Shown here: positions 27,512 through 39,636 of the stretch, piece after piece
Numbering within the stretch: position 1 is the first letter of the stretch
Layout: each line of letters begins with the position of its first letter
Source of the DNA: a candidate division WOR-3 bacterium
GTDB taxonomy: Bacteria; Hydrothermota; Tepidihabitantia; B3-TA06
DNA length: 64,000 bases
NCBI GenBank assembly: GCA_965649265.1
Contig: CBFGKC010000007.1
Span: forward strand, 32,001 to 96,000
Reading direction: 5' to 3'
Made by a program: the position numbers and the translations under genes
The notes under the pieces: generated by a model
Told to the model about the DNA's origin: nothing
What the model saw: the letters and a program-made list of their open reading frames with translations, nothing else
Databases searched by the model: none

Positions 27512-28529
27512 GCTCAATGTGGCCGTGATCGGCTGCGGCTCCCGCGCCCAGACCGCGCACCTGCCTTATTTAAAGAAAAACGAGAAAGTTGTCCTTCGCG
27601 CGCTTTGCGATCCCGACGAGGCCAAGCTTGTCGGCCTCGGCGACCGCTATCGCCCGGAGAAGATCACTACAGACTACAACGAGATTCTCAACGATTCCGA
27701 AATCGATGCCGTCGTTATCTCGACGCCCAACTACCTGCATCATCCGATGGCCATGGCCGGGCTGGACTACGGCAAGCATGTTCTCGTGGAACTGCCTATG
27801 GCGCTCGACGAATCGAAGGCAAAGGAACTCATCTCTCATTCCAGGGCGAAGAAAAAGGTGCTGGCGGTCGCTCACACCGAGCACTTCAGACCGGACGCCA
27901 TATTGATGAGGCAGCTTGTGGAACGCAAGGAAATAGGCCAGGTAACATATGCCAAAACAGGCTGGCTGCGCTCGGCGCAGAAGTGGAATCTCGTCGGCTG
28001 GCGCCGCGACAAGCTTTCATCGGGCGGAGGCGCGTTCTTCACGCTCGGCGTCCCGCTGATTGACCTCGCGCTCTTCATACTCGGAGACCGTGAGCCGGTA
28101 ACGATATCGGGCATGGCCTTCAAGAGGGACGCGGAGATGGAAGTTGAAGATTCCGCCGTAGCCCAGATGCGGTTTTCGGATAACACGATCCTTACAATCG
28201 AGGTAAGCTGGATTCTTCACGAACAGCGCGACGTCCTGTACTTAAACATCTACGGCACAAGGGGCGCGGCGCTTCTTACGCCTTTCGAGATACACAAGGA
28301 GATGTTCAACCGTCTCGTCAACGTTGCCCCGGCGGTCAACAAGAAAGGCTCCTACCAGTCCTCATACCAGGCCCAGACCAACGCGTTCGTGTCGGCATCC
28401 CTGAAGAACACGAAATATCCCATCCCCCTGGAGGACGCACTGCTTTTGAACAAGCTTACGGACGCCTTTTACCGCTCCGTCAAGGAACAAAGGGAAGTAT
28501 CATTAAGCACAGGCTCGAAGAAACGCTAG
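27501..28529 (+). CDS. Gfo/Idh/MocA oxidoreductase
   Basis: VIGCG, STPNYLH, GKHVLVELP, GGG. Confidence 0.9.
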   Translation: MADKLNVAVIGCGSRAQTAHLPYLKKNEKVVLRALCDPDEAKLVGLGDRYRPEKITTDYNEILNDSEIDAVVISTPNYLHHPMAMAGLDYGKHVLVELPMALDESKAKELISHSRAKKKVLAVAHTEHFRPDAILMRQLVERKEIGQVTYAKTGWLRSAQKWNLVGWRRDKLSSGGGAFFTLGVPLIDLALFILGDREPVTISGMAFKRDAEMEVEDSAVAQMRFSDNTILTIEVSWILHEQRDVLYLNIYGTRGAALLTPFEIHKEMFNRLVNVAPAVNKKGSYQSSYQAQTNAFVSASLKNTKYPIPLEDALLLNKLTDAFYRSVKEQREVSLSTGSKKR

Positions 28530-30079
28530 GCCGCTTCAGCTGGCTCCTGGCACTTCTCTCAGGATTCCTTCTATCATTTTCTTTTGCCCCTTACCCGACG
28601 AGGTTCATCGCATTTGTGGCCTTCATCGGTCTTTTCTGGATTATTGAAAAAAAACCCAAAGCCTTTCTCCACGGCTGGCTCTTCGGTGTAGGCCTTGCCG
28701 CAGGCCAGATGTGGTGGATCATGTCGCAGACATTTCCCCTGAGGCCGTTCATAAGATTTCTGTTGATTGCGGGAGTGATTCTGCTCGTCGGCTTTCTGGG
28801 GCTCTTCCAGGGGCTCGCAGCCTCGATTATCAAGAGAACCGGACTCTGGACGGCTCCCCTTGTGTGGCCCGCCGTCGAGATGCTGCGGGAGCTTACCGAT
28901 CTTGCCTTTCCGTGGGAACTGCTCGGCTACAGCGTTACACCCTGGCCCATACTCACTCAAACGGCGTCTATCTGGGGGGTGTACGGACTTGGTTCAATAA
29001 TAATCCTCGTCAATCTCGGCATATACAAAATAATCACGAACTGGAAGGACCGCGTTCCGAGGACGCGCTGGGCTCTCGTTCTTGCAGGAACGCTTCTTTT
29101 CGTAGTCGGGTTCGGCGCGATAAGACTCGCGACCGCGCGGAAAACTCCGGAGATCAAGGTGGCGCTTCTGCAGCCTAATGTCCCGACAGTAATCAAGGGC
29201 TCGCTTGCCGAACGCGACTCGCTCGTCGGCGCGATGCTCGAGATGACCAGGGAGGCCGCTCGCAAGAAGCCGGACTTGATTCTTTATCCTGAAACCTCTA
29301 CCCTCGCCGATATCACGAGAAAAGGCAAATACACGGACGCCTACCTGCAGCTTGCGGACAGCATTGATATTCCTGTCGCGACCGGTATCTTCTACTGGGT
29401 TCAGCAAGGCCAGCGAATGCGTTTCGCCAACGCCGCCACGGTGATTGATTCGAGTGGAAGGATCGGGGACGTTTACATAAAGATAAGGCTCGCGCCGTTC
29501 GGCGAGACCATACCGTTCGAGAACCTGCTGCCGTTTCTTGCAAAGATCGACGTTCAGGGCGGACACCATTACAGGGGGAGGGAGTATGTCGTCTACAAAG
29601 ACGCGCCCGTGCCGATTTCATTCCTCATATGCTACGAATCCATATTTCCACTGCTCACGCGAAATTTCGTTCACAAGGGAGCAAAGATGCTCTGCAACGT
29701 GACCAACGACGTCTGGTTCGGAGAGATGCAGGGTCCCAAACAGCACGCGGAGATGGCTCCGATGCGCGCGGTCGAGAACGGCGTCCCTCTGATAAGGGCC
29801 GCGAACAACGGGATATCGATGATCGTTGACCCCTACGGCCGAGTATTGAAAGAAAGTCCGCTGATGGTCAAGACTATCGTGGAAGGCGATGTGCCGACTG
29901 CCATAGGCCCGACGATCTTCACGCAAGCCGGATTTCTTTACCCTTACCTTGCCGCCGCGTTCGTGATAGCGATGCTCGTCACTAGGTTAGTTTCAAAAGG
30001 TGGGCGGCCCAGGCAATCAACTGGGACAGAACAAGGTTCCCCTCGACAATCGTCTCGAAAAAAACATCCGAGTAGTTAG
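28502..30079 (+). CDS. lnt: Apolipoprotein N-acyltransferase (start uncertain, probably non-canonical)
   Basis: FPW.LLGY, QPN, YPET, KIRLAPFGE, ICYE, NDVWFG, RAVE, RAANNG; in-frame LALLSG..FAP upstream of the GTG at 28616. Confidence 0.9.
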   Translation: MKHRLEETLGRFSWLLALLSGFLLSFSFAPYPTRFIAFVAFIGLFWIIEKKPKAFLHGWLFGVGLAAGQMWWIMSQTFPLRPFIRFLLIAGVILLVGFLGLFQGLAASIIKRTGLWTAPLVWPAVEMLRELTDLAFPWELLGYSVTPWPILTQTASIWGVYGLGSIIILVNLGIYKIITNWKDRVPRTRWALVLAGTLLFVVGFGAIRLATARKTPEIKVALLQPNVPTVIKGSLAERDSLVGAMLEMTREAARKKPDLILYPETSTLADITRKGKYTDAYLQLADSIDIPVATGIFYWVQQGQRMRFANAATVIDSSGRIGDVYIKIRLAPFGETIPFENLLPFLAKIDVQGGHHYRGREYVVYKDAPVPISFLICYESIFPLLTRNFVHKGAKMLCNVTNDVWFGEMQGPKQHAEMAPMRAVENGVPLIRAANNGISMIVDPYGRVLKESPLMVKTIVEGDVPTAIGPTIFTQAGFLYPYLAAAFVIAMLVTRLVSKGGRPRQSTGTEQGSPRQSSRKKHPSS

Positions 30080-31721
30080 ACTCGCTGCGGGTGAGCCAGA
30101 GGGTGACGAAAGCGTAAGCGAGATTTACAAGAAGCAGGAGTGCCAGCGCGGAAGACCATCTGAGCACGAAGGCCGCGACCAGCATGAGGGCGGCAATGAA
30201 AAGAATCAAGGCGCCAAGCCTTCGCGTTTTGCTTTCACCTATAAGAACCGGTATCGTCTCGCGGCCCACCATGCGGTCACCCTGAACGTCGCGAATGCTG
30301 TAAACAAGGGAACGCGTAAAGGCGAGACTGAAAACAAAAAAAGCGGAAACGCCAGTCGCGAGAGTAAAGCCCGTACCGCTGGCCGGCACGACGAGAACGG
30401 CGATGATGACAGTCCAGGCCATACCGAGGAACATATCCTTGGAACCCGGGATATCCATGAGCCTTCTCGCGGATTCCTTGCCCAGCTTGAAGAGTTCCAT
30501 CCTGTAGATGAGCCCAAGAAGCGACATTGCCAGTATGAAGATGAACGTCAAAGGCCCGAGGAAATATGACAAGACCAGAGACGATGCCGTACCGGTGATT
30601 CCCAGGGTAAGGAGCAACCTTCTGAAACGGTCGTAGAAATCGACCCTCGCGGGATAGTTGATCTCGGTCACGAAACGATCGGTAAAGTGATTCAAGAGAT
30701 GCATCCCGAAGATGTAGGCGGCGACTATGATCTGGAACGAAAGGCTGGGTTCTATTCCCTGAAGTCTCGATGCGGCGTAGAGAAGCTGAGCGGCTGCGAA
30801 GGCAACAAGGATATTGCTGCGCACGATAAACCGCCAGAATTCGAGCAGCATGGTGCGGACGCTGAACCTGCTCCCCGACGAACGTTCAAGGGAATGAAGA
30901 ATACGTCTTATCATCCACGACGGCGTCGATGCTCCAGCCGCGACACCGACGGTGTTGTAGCCCTTGAGTTTCTCAACCGGGAGATCCGCCTCAGTCTCAA
31001 CCTGGATGGCGGGGACATGCTCCTCAGCGGCTATCTCGACCAGCCTTCTGGTATTGGCGCTTTGAAATCCACCAACAACGATAAGTGCCTGGACCTCCTT
31101 CGCGAGTCTGCGAACCTCAAGCTGGCGTTCGTCCGTGGCCTCGCATATCGTTTCGTAAATCTCTGCATCGGGACGAAGCCTCTGGAGTTCGGCGGAAAGC
31201 GCTCTCCACAGGACAAGATTCTGCGTGGTCTGGGCCATGAAGTAAATCTTCTGGCTTCGAGGGATTTTCTCCAGGACCGCCCTCAGCCCCTCTGCGTCCT
31301 TGATAATACTTGCTTTTCCGCCGGCGTGAGCGGCTATCGCTTTTACCTCGGAATGTTCGGCGTCGCCGAACAATACGACTCGCGCACCTTCTTTTTCCGC
31401 CCGCCCGGCAAGCTGCTGGACGCGGGCTACTTTCGGACAAGTTGCATCTATTACCCGGAAGTTCCTCTTCTCGAGTTCAGCTTTTATCTCCGGTTTTACG
31501 CCGTGTGAACGGATTATTACCGAAGCACCGTCAGGTATCGCGTCCATGCTTCCGGCTACGCGTACACCCCTTTGTTTGAGTATTTCGAGAACCTGGGGGT
31601 TGTGAATCAATTCGCCGAGCGTGAAAAGATTGTCGCTGTGGAGTGCCGCCTCAAAGGCGAGATTGACCGCACGCCGAACCCCGTAGCAAAAGCCTGAGAT
31701 TCGCGCGAGCTTTATTCTCAC
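29982..31721 (-). CDS. ispH: IspH fused to a UbiA-like membrane prenyltransferase domain
   Basis: GFCYGV, HNP, SHG, DATCP, HSEV, QTT, TICEAT..RQ, SANT, GASTP; then multi-TM domain with NHFTD and RDVQGD; GTG overlaps the purF stop. Confidence 0.9.
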   Translation of the reverse strand: MRIKLARISGFCYGVRRAVNLAFEAALHSDNLFTLGELIHNPQVLEILKQRGVRVAGSMDAIPDGASVIIRSHGVKPEIKAELEKRNFRVIDATCPKVARVQQLAGRAEKEGARVVLFGDAEHSEVKAIAAHAGGKASIIKDAEGLRAVLEKIPRSQKIYFMAQTTQNLVLWRALSAELQRLRPDAEIYETICEATDERQLEVRRLAKEVQALIVVGGFQSANTRRLVEIAAEEHVPAIQVETEADLPVEKLKGYNTVGVAAGASTPSWMIRRILHSLERSSGSRFSVRTMLLEFWRFIVRSNILVAFAAAQLLYAASRLQGIEPSLSFQIIVAAYIFGMHLLNHFTDRFVTEINYPARVDFYDRFRRLLLTLGITGTASSLVLSYFLGPLTFIFILAMSLLGLIYRMELFKLGKESARRLMDIPGSKDMFLGMAWTVIIAVLVVPASGTGFTLATGVSAFFVFSLAFTRSLVYSIRDVQGDRMVGRETIPVLIGESKTRRLGALILFIAALMLVAAFVLRWSSALALLLLVNLAYAFVTLWLTRSESNYSDVFFETIVEGNLVLSQLIAWAAHLLKLT

Positions 31722-33216
31722 GTTTTGGAAGAAGAGGAAGACGGTGATGAAGGCGAGGGGGACGAAGATGACGAGGAGGGCGAGGAGGGCGGCCTGGCTG
31801 AATTCCTTTCGGCGGCAATTTGATGGAGATCGTTTTCGGAAACTGGTGTCGGATAATCTCCCGAGAAACATGCAGTGCAGAATTTCATATCGCGCTCTCC
31901 CCTGACCGCATTGACCATGTCGTCGTAGTTCTGGTAAATCAATCTATCCGCGCCTATAAGACGTTCAATATCCTTTTCAGAATGATCCTTGGCAATGAAT
32001 TCTTCCTTTGTGGCCATATCGATTCCGTAAACGCACGGGAAGCGGAGGGGTGAGCCGTAAATGGCGTAGTAGACCTCCCGGGGCCCGGCCTGTCTCGTCA
32101 GCTTGATGAGTTCGAGCGCCGTGTTCCCGCGGACTATGGTGTCATCTACGAGCAGGACGCGTTTTCCTTCGAGTTCGGTCCTCACCGGATTGAACTTCTG
32201 GCGTACGGACGAGCGCCTTTCGGACTGGGTAGGCATTATGAAAGTTCTCTGAATGTATCTGTTGCGTATGAGGCCTTCGCTGAGTTTCCATCCGCTCGCC
32301 TGTGCTAGAGCCATTGCTGCCGGACGAGCGGTATCGGGGACGGCGGAAACCACATCGGGCTCTATGCCGGAATCCATGCATTTGCGGGCAAGCACCTCGC
32401 CAAGACGTCTTCTGGCCTCAAGAACGCCTATGCCGTCGAGAACGGAGTCCGGTCGGGCAAAGTAGACCCATTCGAATATGCAAGGTCTGTGCGAGCTCTC
32501 TTCTATTTTTCGTCTGGTGATCGTGCCGTCGCGGCCGACGTGAACGGCCTCGCCCGGCTCCACGTCGCCTTCGCTCTGGAAGCCCAGGAAATCGAAGGTC
32601 ACGGTTTCGGATGCGAAGATGATCGATCTGTTTCTGCGGCCCATGACGAGAGGCCTTATCCCGTATGGATTGCGGAAAGCGAGCAGGCTTCCGTCGCCCA
32701 TCATTGCGATGACCGAATAGGCTCCGTGAACCCTTTTAAAAACGCCCTTGACCGCATCAAACAGGTTTTCGACGCTGAAGCTATCCACGTCCTGGTGGAC
32801 AAGCTCGTCGGCAAAGACATTCAGGATGGCCTCGACGTCGCTCGTGGAATTGAGCTTTCTGCGGTGCACTCTTTCGAGCTCTTCCTTGAGGGTGAAGAAA
32901 TTAGTGACGTTCCCGTTGTGAACCATCGCGATGCCGTAGGGATAGTTTACGTAAAAGGGCTGAGCGTCCTCGGGAGAACCGCGGCCGATGGTCGGGTACC
33001 TGGTCTGGCCTATTCCAACCCTGCCGCGGAGCCTTTCAAGATTCTTCCTTTTGAAAATGGATTGTACAAGCCCTATGCCTTTCTTGAGATGAAGTATTCC
33101 GTCAAAAGTGGCTATACCGGCGGCGTCCTGCCCCCTGTGTTGCAGCGTGAGAAGCCCTTCGTATAGGTCGTAGCCCACTTCCCTGTCGTCGCTTAAGATA
33201 CCTACAACGCCGCACA

Positions 33217-33217
<1 letters not shown>
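31718..33217 (-). CDS. purF: Amidophosphoribosyltransferase
   Basis: MCGVVG, QHRGQDAAG, HNGN, CIFEWVYFARPDS, VDDTIVRG. Confidence 0.96.
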
Positions 33218-34823
<1,606 letters not shown>

Positions 34824-36149
34824 TTACGCGTTACCTGAAATCTCTTCGTATTCCTTCCTGCGTTCCGGATAAAGCGGGAAGCTCTCGCAAAGCTCTCCGA
34901 CCTTTGCCTTCACGCGGGGATACACGTTTTCGTCGTCGATATTGGATATGAGTTCGTCTATGAGCGCAGCGATGACGGTCATCTCCTGCTCCTTCATTCC
35001 GCGTGAAGTAAGCGCCGGAGTGCCCAGGCGAATGCCTGAGGCGACGAATGGTTTCTCCGGGTCGTAGGGAATGGTGTTACGATTGCACGTTATGCCGACG
35101 CGTTCGAGTCTTGACTCGGCCTTGCGCCCTGTCACTTTCTTCGGTCGCAGATCCACGAGCATGAGGTGGGTATCCGTGCCGCCGGTGACCATGCGGAACC
35201 CATGCTTGGTTAACTCTTCCGCGAGTTTCTTCGCATTGGCGACAACCTGCTTCTGGTAGGTTACGAAATCGGGGGACGCCGCCTCCTTGAGCGCAACGGC
35301 TTTTGCCGCGATAACGTGCTCGAGGGGTCCGCCCTGCATACCGGGGAAGCTCGTCTTGTCAACAGTCTGGGCGTGCTCCTTCTTGCAGAGTATCATGGCA
35401 CCCCTCGGACCACGCAGGGTCTTGTGAGTTGTAGTGGTCACGATATCGGAGTAAGGGACAGGTGAAATGTGGAGCTTTGCCGCAACCAAACCTGCTATGT
35501 GCGCCATGTCGGATACGAGGCTGGCGCCCACCGCGTCTGCGACCTCGCGGAACTTGTCGAAGTGCATGGTGCGTGGATATGCGGACGCGCCGGCTACGAT
35601 GATCCTCGGCTTTACCTCCCTGGCGAGCTTGAGAAGAACGTCAAAGCTTATCTGCTCGGTGTCCTGTTCCACCTGGTACTGGACTACCTTGAAGAAACGA
35701 CCCGAGAAGTTTATCGGGTGCCCGTGCGAGAGGTGCCCGCCGTGGGAGAGGTTGAGCCCTAAAAGCGTGTCGCCCGGATTGCCCAGGGCGAAATAGGCGG
35801 TCATGTTGGCTGTGGTGCCGGAGTGAGCTTGCACGTTCGCGTGATCGGCTCCGAAGAGCTTCTTGGCCCGTTCAATCGCGATGCGCTCGGATTCGTCCAC
35901 AAACTGGCAGCCTCCGTAGTAGCGGCCGTACCTGGTGTAATCCATTTCACCCGTATCCTTATCCCACTGGTAAGGATACCCTTCGGCATACTTGTTAGTG
36001 AGAACCGAACCCAAAGCCGCTATCACGGCCTCCGACACGAAATTCTCCGACGCAATCAACTCAAGCCCCGCATGCTCTCTCTGGGTCTCCTTCCGGATGG
36101 CTCCAAAGATCTCAGGATCTGTATTGTACAATTCCTTAGAGTACATCAT
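34824..36149 (-). CDS. glyA: Serine hydroxymethyltransferase
   Basis: [34 protein letters not shown]. Confidence 0.98.
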   Translation of the reverse strand: MMYSKELYNTDPEIFGAIRKETQREHAGLELIASENFVSEAVIAALGSVLTNKYAEGYPYQWDKDTGEMDYTRYGRYYGGCQFVDESERIAIERAKKLFGADHANVQAHSGTTANMTAYFALGNPGDTLLGLNLSHGGHLSHGHPINFSGRFFKVVQYQVEQDTEQISFDVLLKLAREVKPRIIVAGASAYPRTMHFDKFREVADAVGASLVSDMAHIAGLVAAKLHISPVPYSDIVTTTTHKTLRGPRGAMILCKKEHAQTVDKTSFPGMQGGPLEHVIAAKAVALKEAASPDFVTYQKQVVANAKKLAEELTKHGFRMVTGGTDTHLMLVDLRPKKVTGRKAESRLERVGITCNRNTIPYDPEKPFVASGIRLGTPALTSRGMKEQEMTVIAALIDELISNIDDENVYPRVKAKVGELCESFPLYPERRKEYEEISGNA

Positions 36150-36364
36150 TCCTCCATTTTCTCAGGTATCGAGGGATATTCGCAACAAACGTCAAAATTC
36201 TCAAAAGACGTCCCGGGAGACAAGAAAGAAACGAGACGACTATTAACCATTGAACTCATTCTGCCTCCATAAATTGAACTTTAATTTTAGTCCCATTGCG
36301 ACGTAAGTCAAGGTTAGCGAACGCTTAAGTTGACAAACCGCCTTACTTTTTTTAAAATCTTTCG

Positions 36365-37672
36365 ATGTTTACAATAAATATGGTTTCCATTCTTTTTTTG
36401 ATGAGTCCGTGGACTTCTATTCACCAGTTTGAGTCGAGAGAACACCCTTACAAAAAACCCGAGATTCATCTTATCACCGAGACCCGCGCGCCCGAACTGA
36501 CGCACACCGTTTACGGCTTCCTGCCCCACTGGCGCGGTTCAGGGACATGGGATCTCAAGCTCGACCTTATTTCGCATCTGGCATGGTTCGGCGTTGAGCT
36601 TGACTCCACCGGCGAAATAGGGGAGCCGAACGGTTGGCCTGCGGACTGGTTGTGGCTCAAGGAGCACGTTCAGGCCTCCGGTGTCAGATTCGATCTTGCC
36701 GTCACGTGCTTCGACTGGAGCGGAAAGAAAGTTCATACGCTTCTTTCGGACACCCTTGCCAGGACAAAAGGGATCAATACGATTCTTTCGGAAAGCCGGG
36801 AATGCAACGGCGTCAACATCGATTTCGAGCGGCCCTCACTCGACGACCGCGATGCTTTTGCGACCTTCGTAGAGGAACTCGCCGATTCGCTGCATTCAAG
36901 GGGAATGACGCTCTCAGTGGACATGACGGCCGTCAACTGGGGCGAACGTTTCGACGTGGCAAGGATAGCGAAGGCCGCCGACTACATCTTCATAATGGGC
37001 TACGATTTTCATTACCCCGGCAGCCCTGAGGCCGGACCCGTCTCCCCTCTCGACGGCGAGACCTACTGCGTGATGGAATCGGTGGACTATTTCGTGGAGA
37101 AATCGGAAGGGCACCCTGACCGTCTCATTCTTGGCGTCCCTTACTACGGCTACGACTGGCCGGTTACAGACACCGTGCCCTACGCAAAAACCAAGGGTCA
37201 GGGCACGGCATACATTTACTCGACGACGGCAACCAGGGCAGAGCAGTACGGCCGCCACTGGCACGAGGAGACCTCCTCCCCCTGGTATCACTATGGAACG
37301 ACGGGCAGCTTGCGTGAATGCTGGTACGCGGATACGGCGAGCCTTGCGCTCGAGTACCGGCTTGCAAGGGAGAAAGACTTCGCAGGCATCGGCATCTGGG
37401 CGCTTACATATGATAACGGCAGGCAGGAGCTGTGGGATTTATTGCGAAGATGTTTCACCACGGGCGTAGTGACAGAAAAGCCGCATTTCAAGGGCGAGGA
37501 ACTGCTAATTCAGCCAGGCCTCGTGAGCAAGTCCGCCGTTAAGACGTTTCTCAAGGCAAATCCGGACGTGCTCATGTACGACGCCTCTGGTCAAAAACTG
37601 GACTCTCCCGTGCGCGGGGTCCTGTTCCTGCGAGCGGGCTCGAGAACGATCAAAGTCGTAGTCACAGGTTGA
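36365..37672 (+). CDS. GH18 glycoside hydrolase with T9SS-like C-terminal signal
   Basis: GVNIDFE, IMGYD, LGVPYYG, GIGIWAL; tail YDASGQ..GVLF..KVVV. Confidence 0.85.
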   Translation: MFTINMVSILFLMSPWTSIHQFESREHPYKKPEIHLITETRAPELTHTVYGFLPHWRGSGTWDLKLDLISHLAWFGVELDSTGEIGEPNGWPADWLWLKEHVQASGVRFDLAVTCFDWSGKKVHTLLSDTLARTKGINTILSESRECNGVNIDFERPSLDDRDAFATFVEELADSLHSRGMTLSVDMTAVNWGERFDVARIAKAADYIFIMGYDFHYPGSPEAGPVSPLDGETYCVMESVDYFVEKSEGHPDRLILGVPYYGYDWPVTDTVPYAKTKGQGTAYIYSTTATRAEQYGRHWHEETSSPWYHYGTTGSLRECWYADTASLALEYRLAREKDFAGIGIWALTYDNGRQELWDLLRRCFTTGVVTEKPHFKGEELLIQPGLVSKSAVKTFLKANPDVLMYDASGQKLDSPVRGVLFLRAGSRTIKVVVTG

Positions 37673-37776
37673 TTCACGCCACCGGAATATGAGCCCGACC
37701 CTGATCGTCTGAATCTACCGCTGCCGGATAGATAAGCATCTCCAGTGTCAACTTTATGCCGTTCCAGACGATATTG

Positions 37777-38412
37777 TCATTGCAGCCGAGCCATAAATTT
37801 CCTGACCGCGTCACCGGGTCTTGCCGAACCGAAGATGGCGGAAATGACCGCCGCGCCGTGGCAGCCTGCGGCCATGATTTCAGGCACTCTCTCGGGTGTA
37901 ATCCCGCCGATTCCGTATACCGGGACACTGGAGAGCGAGACGAGCCGCTTGAACCTTTCTAGATCGATGTTTGCTTTTGATTTCGTGGTCGATGGGTAAG
38001 GGCTCAGGATACCGACGTAGGAAACGTGCTCGGGAAGCAGCTTGAGGAGCTGTTTTTCGTCACCCGTGCAAGAGATGCCGATGACGGCATCGGGGCCGAG
38101 CAACTCGCGCGCGAAGACCGCGGTCGGGTCTTCGGCACCCAGGTGGACGCCGTCCGCGCCAATATCGAGGGCCAACTGCGGCGAATCGTTGACTATGAGG
38201 ATTGCGCCGTATCTGGATGTGAGCGTGCGGACTTTTCTACCCAGGTCGAGCTGTTCCCCAGACGGCGTCGTCTTGAAGCGAAGCTGCAGGAGCCTTACCC
38301 CTGCTTCAAGCACCTGTTCGACGAGAGAGATAAGAAGGTGATTGGGTACGACCTGCTCGTCCGTTATCGCGTAGAGCCGCGGAAGGGTTGCAAACGATTG
38401 GGGCGGATGCAT
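37777..38412 (-). CDS. thiE: Thiamine-phosphate synthase
   Basis: LYAITD, QLRFK, VND, DGVHLG, TTK, IGGI. Confidence 0.93.
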   Translation of the reverse strand: MHPPQSFATLPRLYAITDEQVVPNHLLISLVEQVLEAGVRLLQLRFKTTPSGEQLDLGRKVRTLTSRYGAILIVNDSPQLALDIGADGVHLGAEDPTAVFARELLGPDAVIGISCTGDEKQLLKLLPEHVSYVGILSPYPSTTKSKANIDLERFKRLVSLSSVPVYGIGGITPERVPEIMAAGCHGAAVISAIFGSARPGDAVRKFMARLQ

Positions 38413-39474
38413 CTACCCTTTCATTGCCCTGTCGAACGCGGACCAGAACGGATCGACGCGCGGGTGATCGAGCGTTTCGCGCTTTCCCGAACGGATTGAT
38501 TTGATACCTTCGGATGCGGGAAGGAAGCGACCGATTGCGGTTATCGATGTGTTGCGGTCCTGCATATGTGAAACGAAAGCGTCCCAGTGCTCGGGCCTGA
38601 CTGCGAGTATGAGGGTGCCCTCGCTTATGGATATCTCAGGCTGCATTCCGAACATCTCGCAGATGGCTCGGATCTCCGGGTACACGACTATCTTGTCGTA
38701 TTCGAGTTCGAGGCCCACACCCGACGCCTCGGCCATCTCCATTGCGGCGCCAACCACTCCGCATTCGGTGGCGTCGTGCATGGCCCGGACTCCCCTGTCG
38801 CGCACGCCGAAGCGCGCGGCCGCCAGTGCGTCGTCCACCGTGCTCATAGAATTGAAAATCTCCCAGCCCTTCTTTGCGACCTCCTCGCCGAGCTTGTCCT
38901 TGATCTTGTCGGGGAACAGGCGGGCGAATATGCCCACGGCTTCGACGGCGGCACTCTTGGTCATGACAAGAATGTCGCCAGGTCTTGCCATCTGGGGGGT
39001 TACGTAGGAATCCTCGTCGCCCACGGCGATAAAGGTAGCACCACCGACCATGGGGTAATCGGTGCCGGTGTAGCGAGCGGTGTGTCCGCCTATGACTGCA
39101 GCGCCGTATTTCTTCGATTCGCGGTCGAACACCTTCCAGACCTTTTCGAACTCTTCCTCGGTTATGCTCATAGGGAGATTGAAATCTACGACCACGTAGG
39201 CCACGGGCAGGCCGGAGGTGGTGACGTCGGACGCGAGAATGTGCCACGCGAACCAGGCGGCCTCCTCCCAGCCGTACGGAGGAACGATGTATATTGGGTC
39301 GGTTGTGACGGCCATGACCTTGCCTGGGGCGCTCTGGACTATCGAGATGTCTACCCCATGGTGGGGGCCGACAAGAACCTCAGGCCGGGCTGCGCCCAGG
39401 GAGGGGTAAATGACCGATTTGAAGAACTCCGGCGAAATCTTGCCTATATCCGGAAACTTGACGTCTTTATTCAC
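38413..39474 (-). CDS. AIR synthase-related (PurM/HypE/ThiL superfamily) protein
   Basis: GVD, TTDP, SDV, IGGHT, MHDATECG, SEG motifs. Confidence 0.85.
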   Translation of the reverse strand: MNKDVKFPDIGKISPEFFKSVIYPSLGAARPEVLVGPHHGVDISIVQSAPGKVMAVTTDPIYIVPPYGWEEAAWFAWHILASDVTTSGLPVAYVVVDFNLPMSITEEEFEKVWKVFDRESKKYGAAVIGGHTARYTGTDYPMVGGATFIAVGDEDSYVTPQMARPGDILVMTKSAAVEAVGIFARLFPDKIKDKLGEEVAKKGWEIFNSMSTVDDALAAARFGVRDRGVRAMHDATECGVVGAAMEMAEASGVGLELEYDKIVVYPEIRAICEMFGMQPEISISEGTLILAVRPEHWDAFVSHMQDRNTSITAIGRFLPASEGIKSIRSGKRETLDHPRVDPFWSAFDRAMKG

Positions 39475-39590
39475 TCTTCCTCCTTGCGGAATTTGATTGT
39501 AACGTTCGGAAAGTTATTATACTCCCCTCCCTTTCTTTGTCAAAAGATCCCTTTTTAAAGAGCATTATTCCAAGGTTCAAGGTCTTATTC

Positions 39591-39625
39591 AAAAAAAGAG
39601 GGCACTACTTGTGCCCTCTTTTTTG
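39591..39625. terminator. Intrinsic terminator after the paralog array
   Basis: AAAAAAAGAGGGCAC-TACTT-GTGCCCTCTTTTTT. Confidence 0.8.
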
Positions 39626-39636
39626 AAATTACGGAT

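Noticed and set aside
31722-31871. Hydrophobic N-terminal extension of ispH
   Set aside because: It is an alternate-frame reading of the purF Ser-rich tail.
39475-39590. TPP riboswitch upstream of the thiamine genes
   Set aside because: No CTGAGA..CCTGA..TAAT..GGGAA core seen here or upstream of thiD.
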